A DNA stretch of 64,000 nt from Callorhinchus milii (taxonomy: Eukaryota): contig NW_024704743.1 in assembly GCF_018977255.1 (NCBI RefSeq), positions 54,190,001-54,254,000 on the forward strand, given 5' to 3'. Below, one piece after another: positions 37,290-49,789 of this stretch; position 1 is the stretch's first letter, and the number at the start of each line of letters is the position of its first letter. The notes under the pieces were generated by a model. The model saw nothing but the letters and a program-made list of their open reading frames with translations, did not search any database and had not been told where the DNA came from. The position numbers were made by a program, and so were the translations under genes.

Positions 37290-37500
37290 CATTGGCCTTC
37301 ACCTCTAGGTCATGGATTTGAATCCAGCCCAGGCAGAAATGTTTCTTCTGTTGGCTTGTAAATGTCCTTGTAAAGTTCAGCTTGCCCAGATTCAACCTAG
37401 TTTCTTGTAGTTAGGGTTAGGATTAGGCTAACCACACAAATCTTCCTGAATTTGACCCTAAATTGGGAATCTCATTCAGAGAAGCCAGGAAATAGCTAGT
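37290..37500 (+). mobile_element. LF-SINE-like ancient SINE
   Basis: ggccttcacctctaggtcatggatttgaatccagcccagg and aattgggaatctcattcagagaagccaggaa match, in order, two blocks of the LF-SINE consensus as I recall it. Confidence 0.6.
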
Positions 37501-37684
37501 GTAGAGAATAACAATGATACATGCATTGATACCCAGACAGGAAGGAGCAAAAGAAGTCCAGAGGTTTATTATATTTTTTCCGTAAAAGAATCCCTCCACA
37601 CCACCTACCTCACAATATTCACCTACACTTCTCTTCTGGTGCTGTCATTCTGTCCCCTCCCAATTTGAAACAATAAAAAGTGAC

Positions 37685-37945
37685 AATAATAATAATCCTT
37701 GCATTTGATATAGCACTTTTCACGTCTTCTAGATGTCTCAAAGTGCTTTACAGAATATACTGTAAAGTGAATTGACTGTATATTTGTGGGCAAAACGCGG
37801 CAGCCAATTGCGCACAGCAGTGTCCCACAAACAGTCGTGGATTGAAGTGACCAATTTATTATTATTTATTTATTTTTTCTTGAGGGATTATTATCAGTAG
37901 TAAGGAAACTTGCCCAAGGTTTTGCCCTGTTGGGAATCGAACTCC
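37685..37945 (-). mobile_element. Family A SINE, 5'-truncated
   Basis: Tail, Deu part and agtaaggaaacttgcccaagg...gggaatcgaac. Confidence 0.9.
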
Positions 37946-37961
37946 TGTGACTTCTACGGGA

Positions 37962-38432
37962 CTATCCTTGTGGGTGGGTGGTGGAGAGTGGTTTCTCCTT
38001 AAAATGTGGGTTCTGCTCTCCTAAGCTGGGCTGAGCTTTCATTTTACTTGGCAATGGAATGAAGGAATCAAGTGAACCCTCTATGATGGTCCCATTCCTG
38101 AGCCAGGCAGATCCATAGTACTTCAGGGCACTGTTGATGACAGGCCAGACTGCCTGGCTCATTGGCAGGACTTGGAGGGACAGCCCATCACTGGAAGCAG
38201 GGATTGTCTTTCTGATTAAGCTCTAAGGGTACCCAGTGCACACTCTGGGGTCCCCAAGCCTTGGCTCTCACCAACCTTTTTCTAATATTCTCCAAAATTA
38301 GGTAAGTCGGATGTATTCCTCCAATGAGAGAGTGCACATTTCATTGCAGTCACAGGGGAATAACTTATGTATATGGATATGCTTACGCATGGTGATGGAT
38401 TTTTGCATGTGTCAGACACCCAGCTGTCCAAA
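37962..38432 (+). repeat. Family U, internally deleted, with 3' end
   Basis: cagggcactgttgatgacagg...tgtcagacacccagctgtccaaaa. Confidence 0.8.
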
Positions 38433-38504
38433 AGAACAATTGCTATATAACAAACTCAGAAGCAAACTGTGGGGCCAAAGCTTAGCTTTGAATGTCAACA
38501 TACT

Positions 38505-38632
38505 CTAGCGGTATGTGTGAGGGTGAAGGGAATAGTGGAATATGGGAGGTTGATAGGGAGAAGGGGTTAGGATGGGTGGAGGCTAATATATACTTACATG
38601 GACTAGTAGAGTTGAATAGCCTGTTTCTGTGG
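38505..38632 (+). mobile_element. CR1 3' UTR fragment
   Basis: catggactagtagagttgaatagcctgtttctgtg matches the tails at ~7510 and ~22910. Confidence 0.6.
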
Positions 38633-39251
38633 AATAGCTGACCTGAGAGGGAAAGTTTTCCATCTCCCAGTGCATTAATATCCCTCACTTCGGTTCTCAC
38701 AAAATTCCTCTAATAAAAAAGCATGACTTTATACCCAAACAAAGTATTGTCTTTCTCACCAGACTTCCTGGCTCTGATCTTCAAATTGATCTGCAAACAT
38801 TGTGGACTTTCAGTCATGAGGTGACAGGCCAAAGTTTTTGCATATTGGCTCTTTGAAATCAAAAAAACATTGTTTATACATACTTTTTGGGGGTGGGGAG
38901 GGGTGCCTGGGTGTGGGGTATCTTTGGATGGGTAGTAAGTTTTGTGTTTATTCTGGTGCAAAAAAATGTTATTTCATAATCGATTTCGGGGCCTCAGGTT
39001 TGATTCAAGGAAAACTGAAAATATTACCCGTTAATTCCAAAAATTGGAATACGGTTGTAATTTTACTAAGAATCTTGATAAAGAAAGATAATGAAATAGC
39101 AAACAATTGTATCTGTATCTTGAAACATTAGCCCAACATTTAACATGATCAAAACTTTAAGACCATTATCTTAAAATTTAAGACTGTAGAATTTTAGAAA
39201 AGGTCTTGAATCTGGTCTTAATTTTGAAGTTGGTTATTTGCAACTGTATCT

Positions 39252-39616
39252 TATAATAATAATAATGCTTGCATTTGATACAGCACCTTATCACGTCTTT
39301 GAGACGTCTCAAAGAGCTTCACAGAATATACTGTAAAGTGAATTGACTGTATATTTTGTGGGTGAAATGCAGCAACCAATTGCGCACATCAGTGTCCCAC
39401 AAACGGTTGTGTATTGAATGACCAATTTATTGTTTCTTTTTTTTTGAAGGAATTATTACCCCCAGAAAAGTGATCCGCCAATTGACTAACAACCGGGGGT
39501 TCCCACTTATTGCTAGGTAAATAGAGGCATGTGGAAAAAGGAAACTTGCCCAACATTTCGCTCTGCTGGGAATCTAACCTAGTCGTGTGCTTCTAACCAC
39601 TGAGCTACAGGACTCC
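39252..39616 (-). mobile_element. Family A SINE (long form)
   Basis: Full match, with a short deletion in the head. Confidence 0.92.
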
Positions 39617-41079
39617 AGAATCTTTCCTGTGTAATGTTGCAGTTTTGGCCAATCTGCCTTTACTCTCACTGAGATCAAATGCGAAGAGGTGCCAGCCTCA
39701 TTTCACGTGCGATGCTAACCAGCCTCAGTGGGTTATTGCTCAGCCTGCACCAGCTGGCTTCAGTGAGGAGCAGAGACCTGGGCACAGCTGCGAAGGCAGT
39801 GATGCCAGCCGAGCTCATGCCACAGACTTGGAGCCAGTCTGAACTTTTGTGCTGTTCTGCTAGAATACGCCTACTCCTTGCATTTGAAATCCATCAAGAT
39901 CAGACAGTGCTTGCAGCACTCATTCCATATGTTTCACATCTATATACAGAAATAATCATGCCACTCACCTGATAACATTTAATATTTACGCATAATTCCT
40001 AAAGTTACTTTAGAGTTTAATCAGAAGATGGCCTTGAGCCATTTGATGTGATTTTGCTGATATTGTTTATGTCGCCCCTTCCCTCCTGGCGTTGGCAGTG
40101 AGTTGCTGTTTTGATGCTTGGCAAGATGTTTGATAAGGGTGTAAAGCACGGACTCGATGGAATGCTGCCGTCATTCTCTCCCTTTGCAATCAATTCTGTG
40201 ATCTTATTGCCAGCGATGTATGAAGTCCTATTTATTTGCATGTGCTGGAATTCATTGGTATACGTTATAATATTTTCTTTAGTTAGCCGGGCATCTGACG
40301 CATGCAGAAAAGTATCACTGTGTTTAAGAGTCGCCCAACCAAACGCCTGAGATTACCATATGCGTCTGGTTTCCATTTGTCTGGTATGGAGGGTGCAGTC
40401 TCTCCCAGTCCTGCTTGCCTATTACTGAGAAGGCACCAAGCCCTGCCTATATGATAGTATGTTCCCGAACCTAGATTCCAAGTAACACGTTCCAGCAACC
40501 GTCATCCCAAGCCTCAGAGTTTCTTCATCAGGAATTTCCTATTCGATGAACATCTGCCTTCAACTGGTGGAGGATGCTATACTGCACTAATTGTGATGTG
40601 CCAGCCACCTTGATAATTTGTATAATATTTGAATACATAGAATAACAGGTAAACAGCCTTGCTGAAGTGATAGAGTTGAGGATTGACAGCAAAGTGATTA
40701 TCTAACTGACTCGTGCAATAAATTGAGCCCGTGACTTGCTGGAAATCTCACTTTACGCTTTTGTCACTTGACTTGTTAAACACACTCCTCACTGGTCTCT
40801 CCAGTTCCACCACTTACAAGGTCCACCTAATCCAAAGCTTTGCTTTCTATTTGTTCAGAGACAATTTATTCATTTAAAGCTGCAAGAGCAGCTTCTTTAT
40901 TTTAATTTTTTATGATCAAATTTATTTTTAAACCAGAGTGTTACAAAGAAGTGAACGGTGTGTGCTCTCCATTGCCTGGCTAAATGCTTTCCTTATTGGC
41001 ACACAAAGTGATGCTGCTAGGTTTTATTTGTTAAAAATAACTATTTAAAGTTAAAAAAAAATTTGTAGCCATGAATAAA

Positions 41080-41520
41080 TAATAATGATAATCCTTGCAT
41101 TTGATAGAGCGCTTATCACGTCGTCAAGATTTCTCAAAACACTTCGCAGGATATACTGTAAAGTGGATTGACTGTGTATTTTGTGGGTGAAATGCCTGTT
41201 TGCACTCAACAATGTCCCACAGACAGCAATGGAGTGAGTGACCAATTTTATTGTGGGGGAATTTTTGTGGCAGAAAACAGGGAGAAACTCCCTTTTCTTT
41301 TCAAATAGTGCCACAGAGTTTTTAACATAAATCTGAACAGGCAGACAGGACCTCAGTTTAACTCCCCATTCGAAGGATGGCATTTCTGACAATGCAGCAC
41401 CTCCCCAGTACTGCATTGAAGTGTCAGCTTAGACTATCTGATTCCAAGTTCCGACTTTGGGCTTGAACCTACATCCTTTTGATTCAGAGTCGAGAGCGCT
41501 ATCACTGAGCTAGGTTGACA
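41080..41520 (-). mobile_element. Family B Deu-SINE, full length
   Basis: Tail, Deu block, body and head (gctatcactgagctaggttgacac) are all present. Confidence 0.9.
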
Positions 41521-42151
41521 CACTGCACTGTACAAAACACTGTAAGATTAAAGTTTGCTCTTTAGGTTGCTGCGAATCACCATACAGGTTTAGTAGGTTC
41601 TTTACACTTGAAGCTTGTTTTGGTAAATTTTAATAACTTGAATAAATTGGGTCCCACGCTAACATAACAATAATAATAATCATCCTTACATTTAGTACAG
41701 CGTCTTTCTCACCAGGAGCACGTCTCAAAGTGTTTCATACGATATACTGTAAAGTGTGGTGATTATGTTTTTTTTGTGCGCGAGCTTAAAAACAAAGGAA
41801 GCTCTTTGAGACCATCCTGGGGTGAAAGGCACGATATAAATGTAAATTGTTGCAGTTTGTACTTCAATTCTGAAAGGCCTGGAGCCAGAAACCATTCTTC
41901 TGAAATTAGGGAAATATTCAGTCCCAAGCCTGTTGTTAAGGACAGTTTCAGTCGATAAAATGTTTGTTAACTATCACAGGAGGTAATGAAGCAGAATGCA
42001 ATGTGTTTAAAAATATCACAATTTTGACCTCTGCGGCTTATTATGGACAGTACGGTTACATAAAAAGAAGGCCTGAACTTGGAACTACCATCCCCAGATT
42101 GTTATTTTTCTTCATAAATTTTAATATATTTTTCCACCGCTTCTTTCAAAT

Positions 42152-42373
42152 GCGGAGAAACTCCACTTGCATCTTGGTTTCATTCTATTTGTGGAGCATT
42201 TCAAAATACTCAGGATTTGGCAAATTCTGAAACGCAGCCTTCATTTTGAAGCAGGTTTTCTCAATCTTTTAAGAATGACAAAAAACTGGCTCAAAAGTTA
42301 AGAGTAAATTCAACATTTGCCAAATTCTGCTATATAAATATAGTGAATGTAGATCCAGGTGGAATTCCTCCCC
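42152..42373. mobile_element. Hairpin MITE (non-autonomous DNA transposon)
   Basis: Left end gcggagaaactccacttgcatc; right end gatccaggtggaattcctcccc; internal arms ggatttggcaaattctgaa and ttcaacatttgccaaattc are also inverted. Confidence 0.7.
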
Positions 42374-43249
42374 ACATTTGTTCCTACACCCAGAGAGCTG
42401 GAGGCAAGACATTCTTATACACAAAATAATTGAAACTGCCATAAATTACCGTTCCCGTGCCAATGAAGCTGCTGCACACAAACTTAATTGATGTTTTTGC
42501 TGTGTAAAATATAATATTTTCTAAAATAAAAAGTTCCAAAGTCATCTTAAATTTTGAGCTATTGCAATGGTTTAAATTGAGAAAGGAAAAAAAAAAGCAA
42601 AATTCTGTTTGGTGAACAATAACTTACGGGTTACTTCTGCATTCGGGGAGGATGGACACCTTTGTACCTAGAGGCATTATTTTGACAGTCTGGGAATAAA
42701 CAGGGCTTATTCTGTAAGGAAGGAGCTTGTACAATGTCATTTTTTTAAAGTTATTTGCCACAGGCACATTTGCCAGCTGCCTGTCTTCACGAGTCAAACA
42801 TATTGGAGATTACACTTCAAAACACCTCGCCATGTCGCTCAGTGTTTCAATTCTCAATTAAAACAATTTGTTTATGTTTGAATCAGAGTGTTGCACAGAC
42901 ACAAAATGACCAATGTGCACAAAGTAATGTGCAGCCACAGTTTGTCATGGTTTGTCTGACTTAAAAGTATACTTTTAAATTCAAACCTCAGGCTGTTATT
43001 ATCAAAAAAAATGATTGCAATTCTTGTTGCAATCCTAATTGTCTTCAGGGAACAATTGTGTCTGTATAACCTCATATTTAGTGCTAGATTTCTAGTTTTA
43101 TAAAGGGAGGGTGGGGGGCCGGTGGAAATTCCATGTGTCACTTTAGTAAAGGGATCTAGATGGTGGTCCTGCATTTTGTACCAAAACTAATTGGATTTGG
43201 CAGCTGAGAGGGCAAGGCAGATGGTGATACAGGACTTGCTAGAGCACAA

Positions 43250-43600
43250 AACAAGGCATAGCTGAGGGTGAAAGAGTTCGGGAAGTGTGGCTGCACAGTG
43301 AGGAACCTTTAGAAGGTGGTGTCCCAAGAACTGCCATGAGTTTCTGGGGTGAGTGGAGGTGTGAGGAGGTGGGGCTATTACCCTCCAGATGCCAGAGCTT
43401 GAAATGATTTGAAAGTGAGAATCAGGATCTCAAAGTCAATCTTTTCTGCAACCGGGAGCCAATGGAGCCTGGTCACAACTAGGGTGATGGTGGGGATGCG
43501 TGGGCTGGTACAGGTGAGGACACGGACAGCAGAGGATTGAATCATTTGAATCTTCTTAATAGTGAAGGTGGAGAAAACAGTAAGGAGTAAACTGGGAAAA
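43250..43600 (-). mobile_element. Older L2 fragment
   Basis: IQSSAVRVLT...TRLHWLPVAEKIDFEILILTFKS. Confidence 0.85.
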
Positions 43601-43654
43601 TTGAGGGGAGTTGATAAAAGCACAATTGAGAGTTTCAGCAGCATTTGAAGTAAG

Positions 43655-44515
43655 ACGACGACAACAACAACAAAATTACATTAGTATAGCACCTTTCACA
43701 TCGGGAGGACATCCCAAGGTAATGGATAGACAGAGTTTTGGACCCGAGCTGTGGGTCGGGGTCAGGGAGGGAGGGCAAAAGCGGAAGCAAGGAGATCGAA
43801 AACTTGTTTGAAGAGGAGGGTCTTGAGATGGGTCTTGAAGGAGGAAAGGGAGGGGGCGAGGTGGCGGGGCTGTGGGATGGAGTTCTAGAAGGTAAGGGCA
43901 GAGCGGCAGAAGGCATAGTGGGACGAGCGAGGTGGGGAAGTGAAGCAAGCCGAAGCCCGCTGAGTGGAGCGAGTGAGGATGGTAGGGGGTTAGGAGGTCA
44001 CAGAGGTAGGGGGGAGAAAGACCACGCAGGGCTTTGAAGGTGAGGACCAGGATCTCAAACTTATCCTCTGTGTGATAGGAAGCCAGTGGAGTCGGGCGAG
44101 GATGGGGGTGATGGGGTCACGGAGCCTGGTGTGGGAGACAAAACAGGCTGCAGAGTTCTGGATGATCATGCAGCCTACGGAGGGAGGAGTTGGGGAGGCC
44201 GACAAGCAATGAGTTTGCATAGTCAAACCTCGATGTAATGAAAGCATGTATGAGAGTTTCAGCAGCCTGCGGTGTGAGACGGTGCCTGCAGATGATATGA
44301 CCCAGAGGGAGCATGTGAATAAGAACAGGAGGGGTCTGAGAATAAAGCCTTGGGGTACACCACAGGTCTGGAGAAACCTTAGAGGAAACACAATGGTGGC
44401 AGAGTATTAGGTAGGACAGGAGAGGGTAGTCCCCTTGAGGTGGATGAGCGAGGAGAGGTGGTCAAGGAAGATGGTATAATCCACTGTGCCAGAAACAGTA
44501 GTGAGGACAAGGAGG
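43655..44515 (-). mobile_element. L2 LINE, internally deleted
   Basis: CGVPQGFILRPLLF, AAETLIHAFITSRFDYANSLL, ARLHWLPITQRI, plus L2 tail. Confidence 0.93.
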
Positions 44516-44519
44516 CAGA

Positions 44520-44842
44520 GGGAGCGCTGTCTGGCAAACTTTGTCCAGCTAGGAACACCCTACCCATTAGAGCTTCGGCTTACAGGGTTAATGGGAACTG
44601 AGTGGGAAGAGTCCCTGTCCCCAGTGACTGGTCTAACCTTCCTGGTCCTGCCGATGGCCTAGGCTGGCTGTGCTGTCATCAGCGGGGCCCTGGAGAACTG
44701 TGGACCCACCTGGCTCAAGAACTGGACGATCAAGATTGCCACAGAGGGTTTGGCTCGATTCTGACCATCGATTGCCAAACATGACACTTTGGAGCCAGTT
44801 CAGCTCCAAGGAGACCCTACTTACCTTCCCCCTAAGCAGGAT
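44520..44842 (-). repeat. Family U, 5' part
   Basis: Reverse complement atcctgcttagggggaaggtaagtagggtctccttggagctgaactggctcc...ctctgtggc... Confidence 0.82.
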
Positions 44843-45504
44843 AATAGGCAGAGGGAGCCCAGGTCACAGAGACAAAGGACATCATTTGTAGTCTTGACCA
44901 GCGCTGAAAGATAAGTACAGAAAGAAGCTGAAATGAAGTAAAAGAAAAAAGTACCAGAAATGGAAAAAACAGCAATAAGAGAGAGAGAAAACTATTGTAA
45001 GTGGAAAATAATGCCAGAAGGACAGGTGGAGAAAGCTTGAGACGAAGTGAGAAGGAGCGAGAGCTACAAGTTTGCAGAGGGAATTAGAGACAGTGGATGT
45101 TTGGAATGGAGTTAAATGCTATAATTCAATCCCAAACCATGAGGATGGAAACCCAGCAGACTGTGAATGTCAGCAGCAACCAAAGAATTATAGCCTTGAA
45201 TTCCCTCCCCAGCATCTGTTTTTGTTGCACAGTATCTACGTAGGTAGATTAATTTTAAACTAAATGTTTAAGGGCTGTGCATTGGTGCACAACTCCCTTG
45301 TGCATGGGCGGTAGGTTCTGGGCTGGTCTTGTAATTTCCCACGCAGTAACTTTCCAATCTCATACAGGATGGTGGGGGGCGGGAGGAGGGTTTAGAGATC
45401 ATTAAATGTCTAAATCTCTGAGGTGGATGTGAATGAGTAGAAAGACATTTACACAGTTAGGCGGGTAGGAAGGAGGGGAGAGGGACGTACAACATCACAA
45501 CTCA

Positions 45505-46187
45505 AAAATACTTGTATTTGATATTAGCATATTTCATGTCAGGAGAGCTTGTCAAAGCACTTCATAAGATTTACTGTAAAGTGTGTGTTTTATAGGCAAA
45601 CTTGGCAGCCAATTTGTGCACAGCAATATCCTACAATCAGTCAAGGAGTGAATTGGGGAATTATTAGCCAGCTCTCCAGAAGAGAAACTCACTTCTATTT
45701 TCAAATAGTGGAATGGCATCTTTAACATCCACGTGAACAGGCAGAAGTTAATGTCTCATCTGAAGGACAGAACTTCCAACAATGAAGCACACTCCCACCA
45801 CTGTCTTGGAGTGTCTGTGAGCTCCAGGTCCTGACATGTGGCTTGAGCCCATTGCAACAACAACCTGAAGCATCCTTCATGCAGGTAGTGTCTAAGAGTG
45901 TTTAACAGTAGTATGGTTTGCTGCCGAGCTGGAAAGAGGTGACTATTTGCACGGTTGAAGAGGAAAGTCTTCAAGTGTGATTTCAAGATGGGCAGAGGGA
46001 TTGAGGTAGGCAGTTCCAGAGATTTGGGGCACAGTATTTGAAAACACAACTGCTAATAGTGGAGTGGAGGGGACAAGGGATGTTCAGAAGACTTGAGCCT
46101 GTGAAGGCGGTGGATAGTGGAGTAGAGGGTGTCCCAATGTTTTGACTCAAGAGATGTGAGTCTGACCAACTGAGCCAGGATGACACA
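45505..46187 (-). mobile_element. Family B SINE split by an L2 3' fragment (~45854-46125)
   Basis: The SINE body stops at gcttgagccc and resumes at ttttgactcaagag...ccaactgagccaggatgacac; the insert encodes LKSHLKTFLFNRA. Confidence 0.82.
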
Positions 46188-46284
46188 CCTACCTGGTCCT
46201 ACATCTCCAGCTCCTTCTTGTATTGATCTCCCCTGTCTTTGTGGGCAGTATGTTTCATATATTCACCAGGATATACCTAATGAC

Positions 46285-46600
46285 AAATTGGTGACTATCC
46301 TGCTGGGGGACAGGGGAAGGTAAACAGGGTCTCTTTGGGATTGAGTTGGATCATAGATGTCGTATCTGGCCATGGAATATTTAAAATGAAACAATCCTCC
46401 GTACAGTCTCTGATGTCTGGTTGGTTGCTGAGCTAGGCAGATCCCTGATACTCCAAGGTATTGTTAACAATGGACTATCGACAGGACATGGAGGGGCAAA
46501 CCAGGCGCCGGGAGAGGATTCTTCCCATTCCACTCAAGTAAACCCAGCAAGCCAAAGCCTTAATACGTACAATGGTCCGAGCTGAACAAGCAGCAGGATA
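46285..46600 (+). repeat. Family U 5' part, degraded
   Basis: aaattggtgactatcctgctggggg...aggtaaacagggtctctttgg...ggtccgagctgaacaagcagc. Confidence 0.65.
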
Positions 46601-46864
46601 TATTCACCACCCTTTGTATAACAAACTTAAATCTAAACTCTTTATTCTGCTTCTTTCTTTTGAGCAGTTACATTATTCAGTCTGAGAGCTAAATCATTCC
46701 TGCCTACAACATTTGTTTTATGAGACAAAAAACACTTTCTTCCCCAGATACATCAATATCAGACTCCAGTTACTTTAATAACTGTTTTGCAAATGCAAGG
46801 ATTATTATATTTTCTACCTAACAATTAATTTCATTCCTTTGGAGGGTAGGAATTATTTGTTATT

Positions 46865-47400
46865 GAAATTATTTATTCTGGAATTTTCCCACAGTGGGAA
46901 TGTGGCCTGTGGAAGCAGTGGGACAAATGGTCAATGTTTTCTTAAAGTTATTACGAGTTTCCCGCAAGAATAGTTCATTGTCATAGCTTAAAACTTCCTT
47001 TAAGAAATCTATCTCAACACCTAATAATGGGGACTATTACATAAACTGTTAATAATAATTCCTGCATTTGATATAACACCTTTCACATTGGAAGCGCATC
47101 TCAGAGTGCTTCATAGGATTTACCATAAAGTGTAGTCTGTGCACTTTGCATACAGACCCCTAAAATAGGTTTATCAATCATCCAATATGCTTTGATATGA
47201 AGACATTTATAAGTGTACAACAGACTGAATGTCTGCTGTGCACTTATTTATAGAGTTATTTGTTCTGCAAATAATTTAGTTATTATGGAAATTCCCACAG
47301 TGGGAATGTGGTCTGTGGCTGCATTGGTTGAAGGATCAGTGTGTTCTTAAGCTTAGTAAAGGTTTCTAACAAGAGTAGCTCATTGTCTATCCAGCTTATC
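46865..47400. repeat. Diverged local direct duplication (~125 bp, two copies)
   Basis: ttcccacagtgggaatgtgg(c/t)ctgtgg...ttcttaa...caaga(a/g)tag(t/c)tcattgtc at ~46886-46990 and ~47292-47398. Confidence 0.85.
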
Positions 47401-48224
47401 TTCTAACATGAGATAAGTCATAAAGCAACACATCATCGCAAGGCTATTTTTGGTCCAGGTTAGTGAATTTAGCAGAGACTTACTGAGGTGTTGTTGCCTT
47501 CTTGTTGTCACAGCCAGTAACCATACAGAACGTTCAACAGCTCCAGTCAGTAATGTAAGAGTTTGTTTTATGTTTAACAAACTATACAACAGGGGCTAAC
47601 AAGTTCTCATTTGGAAAATGGCAGTGTAAATGATGCCTCTCACTGGATAAAACACTTTGGGATGTAAAACGGTACCTAACACATGGGAACCCCATGTATG
47701 TGGCACAGTCTGATGAGAACTTGCTTCTAAAGTAATTTTTGGTTGGAACAAGGGATGGTGTGAAGTAGGTTCATTTTTATATGTACTTGGAGGGAACTCT
47801 GGATGAGATACAGTCATGTCCCAGGGCACTTTTTGCAGTGTTAGGCACCACTTTTGCTGACGCTTTCCCAACAAATGCTTTTTAGTTCCAATGTATAAAA
47901 ATAACAGATGTAGGAGAAGGAATTCAAAGCTATAAATTCAGTCTCTGGTTCCTGTAGACATGCTGCTGTGCAATTATAAATGTCATTTTTTATTTATATT
48001 TTTAATTTAGATTTTTCAAAATAAAATTGGGGGCCTGGTTTTTGGTTTCTTTGAACGGGGAAGAATTTTGTTGTTGCACAGCCTGTTCAGTATGTATATC
48101 TCAAGTTACCTTTGGCCCTTCACATGTGCATATTTCTGAGACTGCAGAGATGCTTTTTGGGTCTGGATCACTTATGAGTCTAACTGGTGCTTTTCGAATA
48201 AAGAAAGCTGAAATACGTCACCAT

Positions 48225-48480
48225 GCTATTCAGGAGGATTTGAGATGGCCTTGAAGGAGGCAAGGGAGGGAGTAAGGTGAAGGGAATATGGGATGAAGTT
48301 TCATAGGATAGGGGCTGAAAGGCTGAAGGTCCGACCGCCGATGGTGGGGTGGGCCGGGTGGGGGATGTGGAGCAGGCCAGAGCCTGCTGAGCAGAGGGAG
48401 CGAACATGTTGATATGGGGTCAGCAAGTCACAAAGGTAGGGAGGAATAAAGCCGTGGAGGGCCTTGAAAGTGAGTGAAGA
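48225..48480 (-). mobile_element. L2 fragment
   Basis: LTFKALHGFIPPYLCDLLTPY...IGGRTFSLSAP. Confidence 0.9.
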
Positions 48481-48714
48481 GTGTATTATATACACTCAAG
48501 ACATGTGTACAGCACTCACATAAACAATTGTACTCATATGTCTAGTATATATCCATTCACATGTGTGCATGTTTATATACAACACATCATTATAAATGCC
48601 AATACAACAACAATAAATTTACATTTATATAGTGCCTTTCATATCGGGAAGATGTCCCACAGCGCTTGACAGTCATAGCTTGGTATCCATACAAATATGT
48701 ATACTTCCTGCTGC

Positions 48715-48935
48715 TTGTTAGCTAGGATCACCTAACCCCTTAGGGCTTTGGCTTGCAGAGTTACCTGGAGCTGGATGGGAAGAATCTCTGCTCCCAATGA
48801 CCGGTTGTCCCTCCAAGTATTGATGATGAGCCAGGCTGGATGATTGGTCATCAGCAGTGCCCTGGAATACTGCAGACTCGTCTGGCTCAGGAACCGGGTT
48901 GCCGAGACCGCCACAGAGGGTTGACTTGATTCCCA
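48715..48935 (-). repeat. Family U fragment
   Basis: gtcatcagcagtgccctggaatactgcagac...ggctcaggaacc...ccacagaggg. Confidence 0.8.
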
Positions 48936-49541
48936 CGTTGCTTTGCCAAGCTCGCTTAGCTCTAATGAGACCACGCTTAATGTTGTGAAATGCTCCAATA
49001 ATACAAGTTAGAATTTTACAACCCCCAGCAACAACAACAAAAGAATTACATTTATAGAGCGTCTTTCACGTCGGGAGGACGTCCCAAAGCAGCACATTAT
49101 TTCACTTTTAGCTGTATTAAAATCTAAAAATAACAGTGCAGAACACCAACCAGTCACAATCTGGGTATATCAAATGATAAAACTGGTGGTGATTTGGTTA
49201 ACACAGAATCAATCAGTCTATTAAAAGCAGTTCAATCACAACACTGGTCCGAATGCCTCAATGGCAATGAAAAAATATTCTTGCCATTATTGGGCAATTT
49301 AAATTAAAACTTTTTTTAAAATGCATTTCACTGTATCCTGTAAAAGTCAATTCACTTTGCAGTATATTTTGTGAAGCAACATATCAATTGCTAAAAATCA
49401 GACAACTATGTTTAAAAAGGCTGCATATTTACCAAGAAATACTGTACCTTCAGTCTCCTGATAGTAAAGAAATTCTTGCCAATTGGCAATGTAGTTTAGT
49501 TATTATCTGAATTCTTCTTTCTGTTTGAGAGCTTGTGCACT

Positions 49542-49558
49542 TGCGCCCTCTGGTGGCA
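49542..49558 (-). promoter_or_regulatory. Strong CTCF motif
   Basis: The minus strand reads TGCCACCAGAGGGCGCA, an essentially consensus CTCF core, in non-repeat DNA with its CpG intact. Confidence 0.7.
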
Positions 49559-49789
49559 CGATTGGTTCATTGGTATTCCAAGCCAATTGAAAAGCTACAT
49601 TTACTGTCCTTTTTTGAACGATTTACCGGCTCAATGAATACTTTTACGTTTCCTATTAATGAAAACGTACCCAAACAAATAACGAAAATGCTGTTCTCTT
49701 TGTGTGCCTCTGAACACAAATGAGCCGTTTGCTGTTTTTCTTGTAATGTAAAAAATAATTCTTCCATATGCTCAGCACTGGATCATGTT

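Noticed and set aside
37411..37428. Interstitial telomeric repeat ttagggttaggattaggc
   Set aside because: Only one perfect unit; compatible with chance or slippage.
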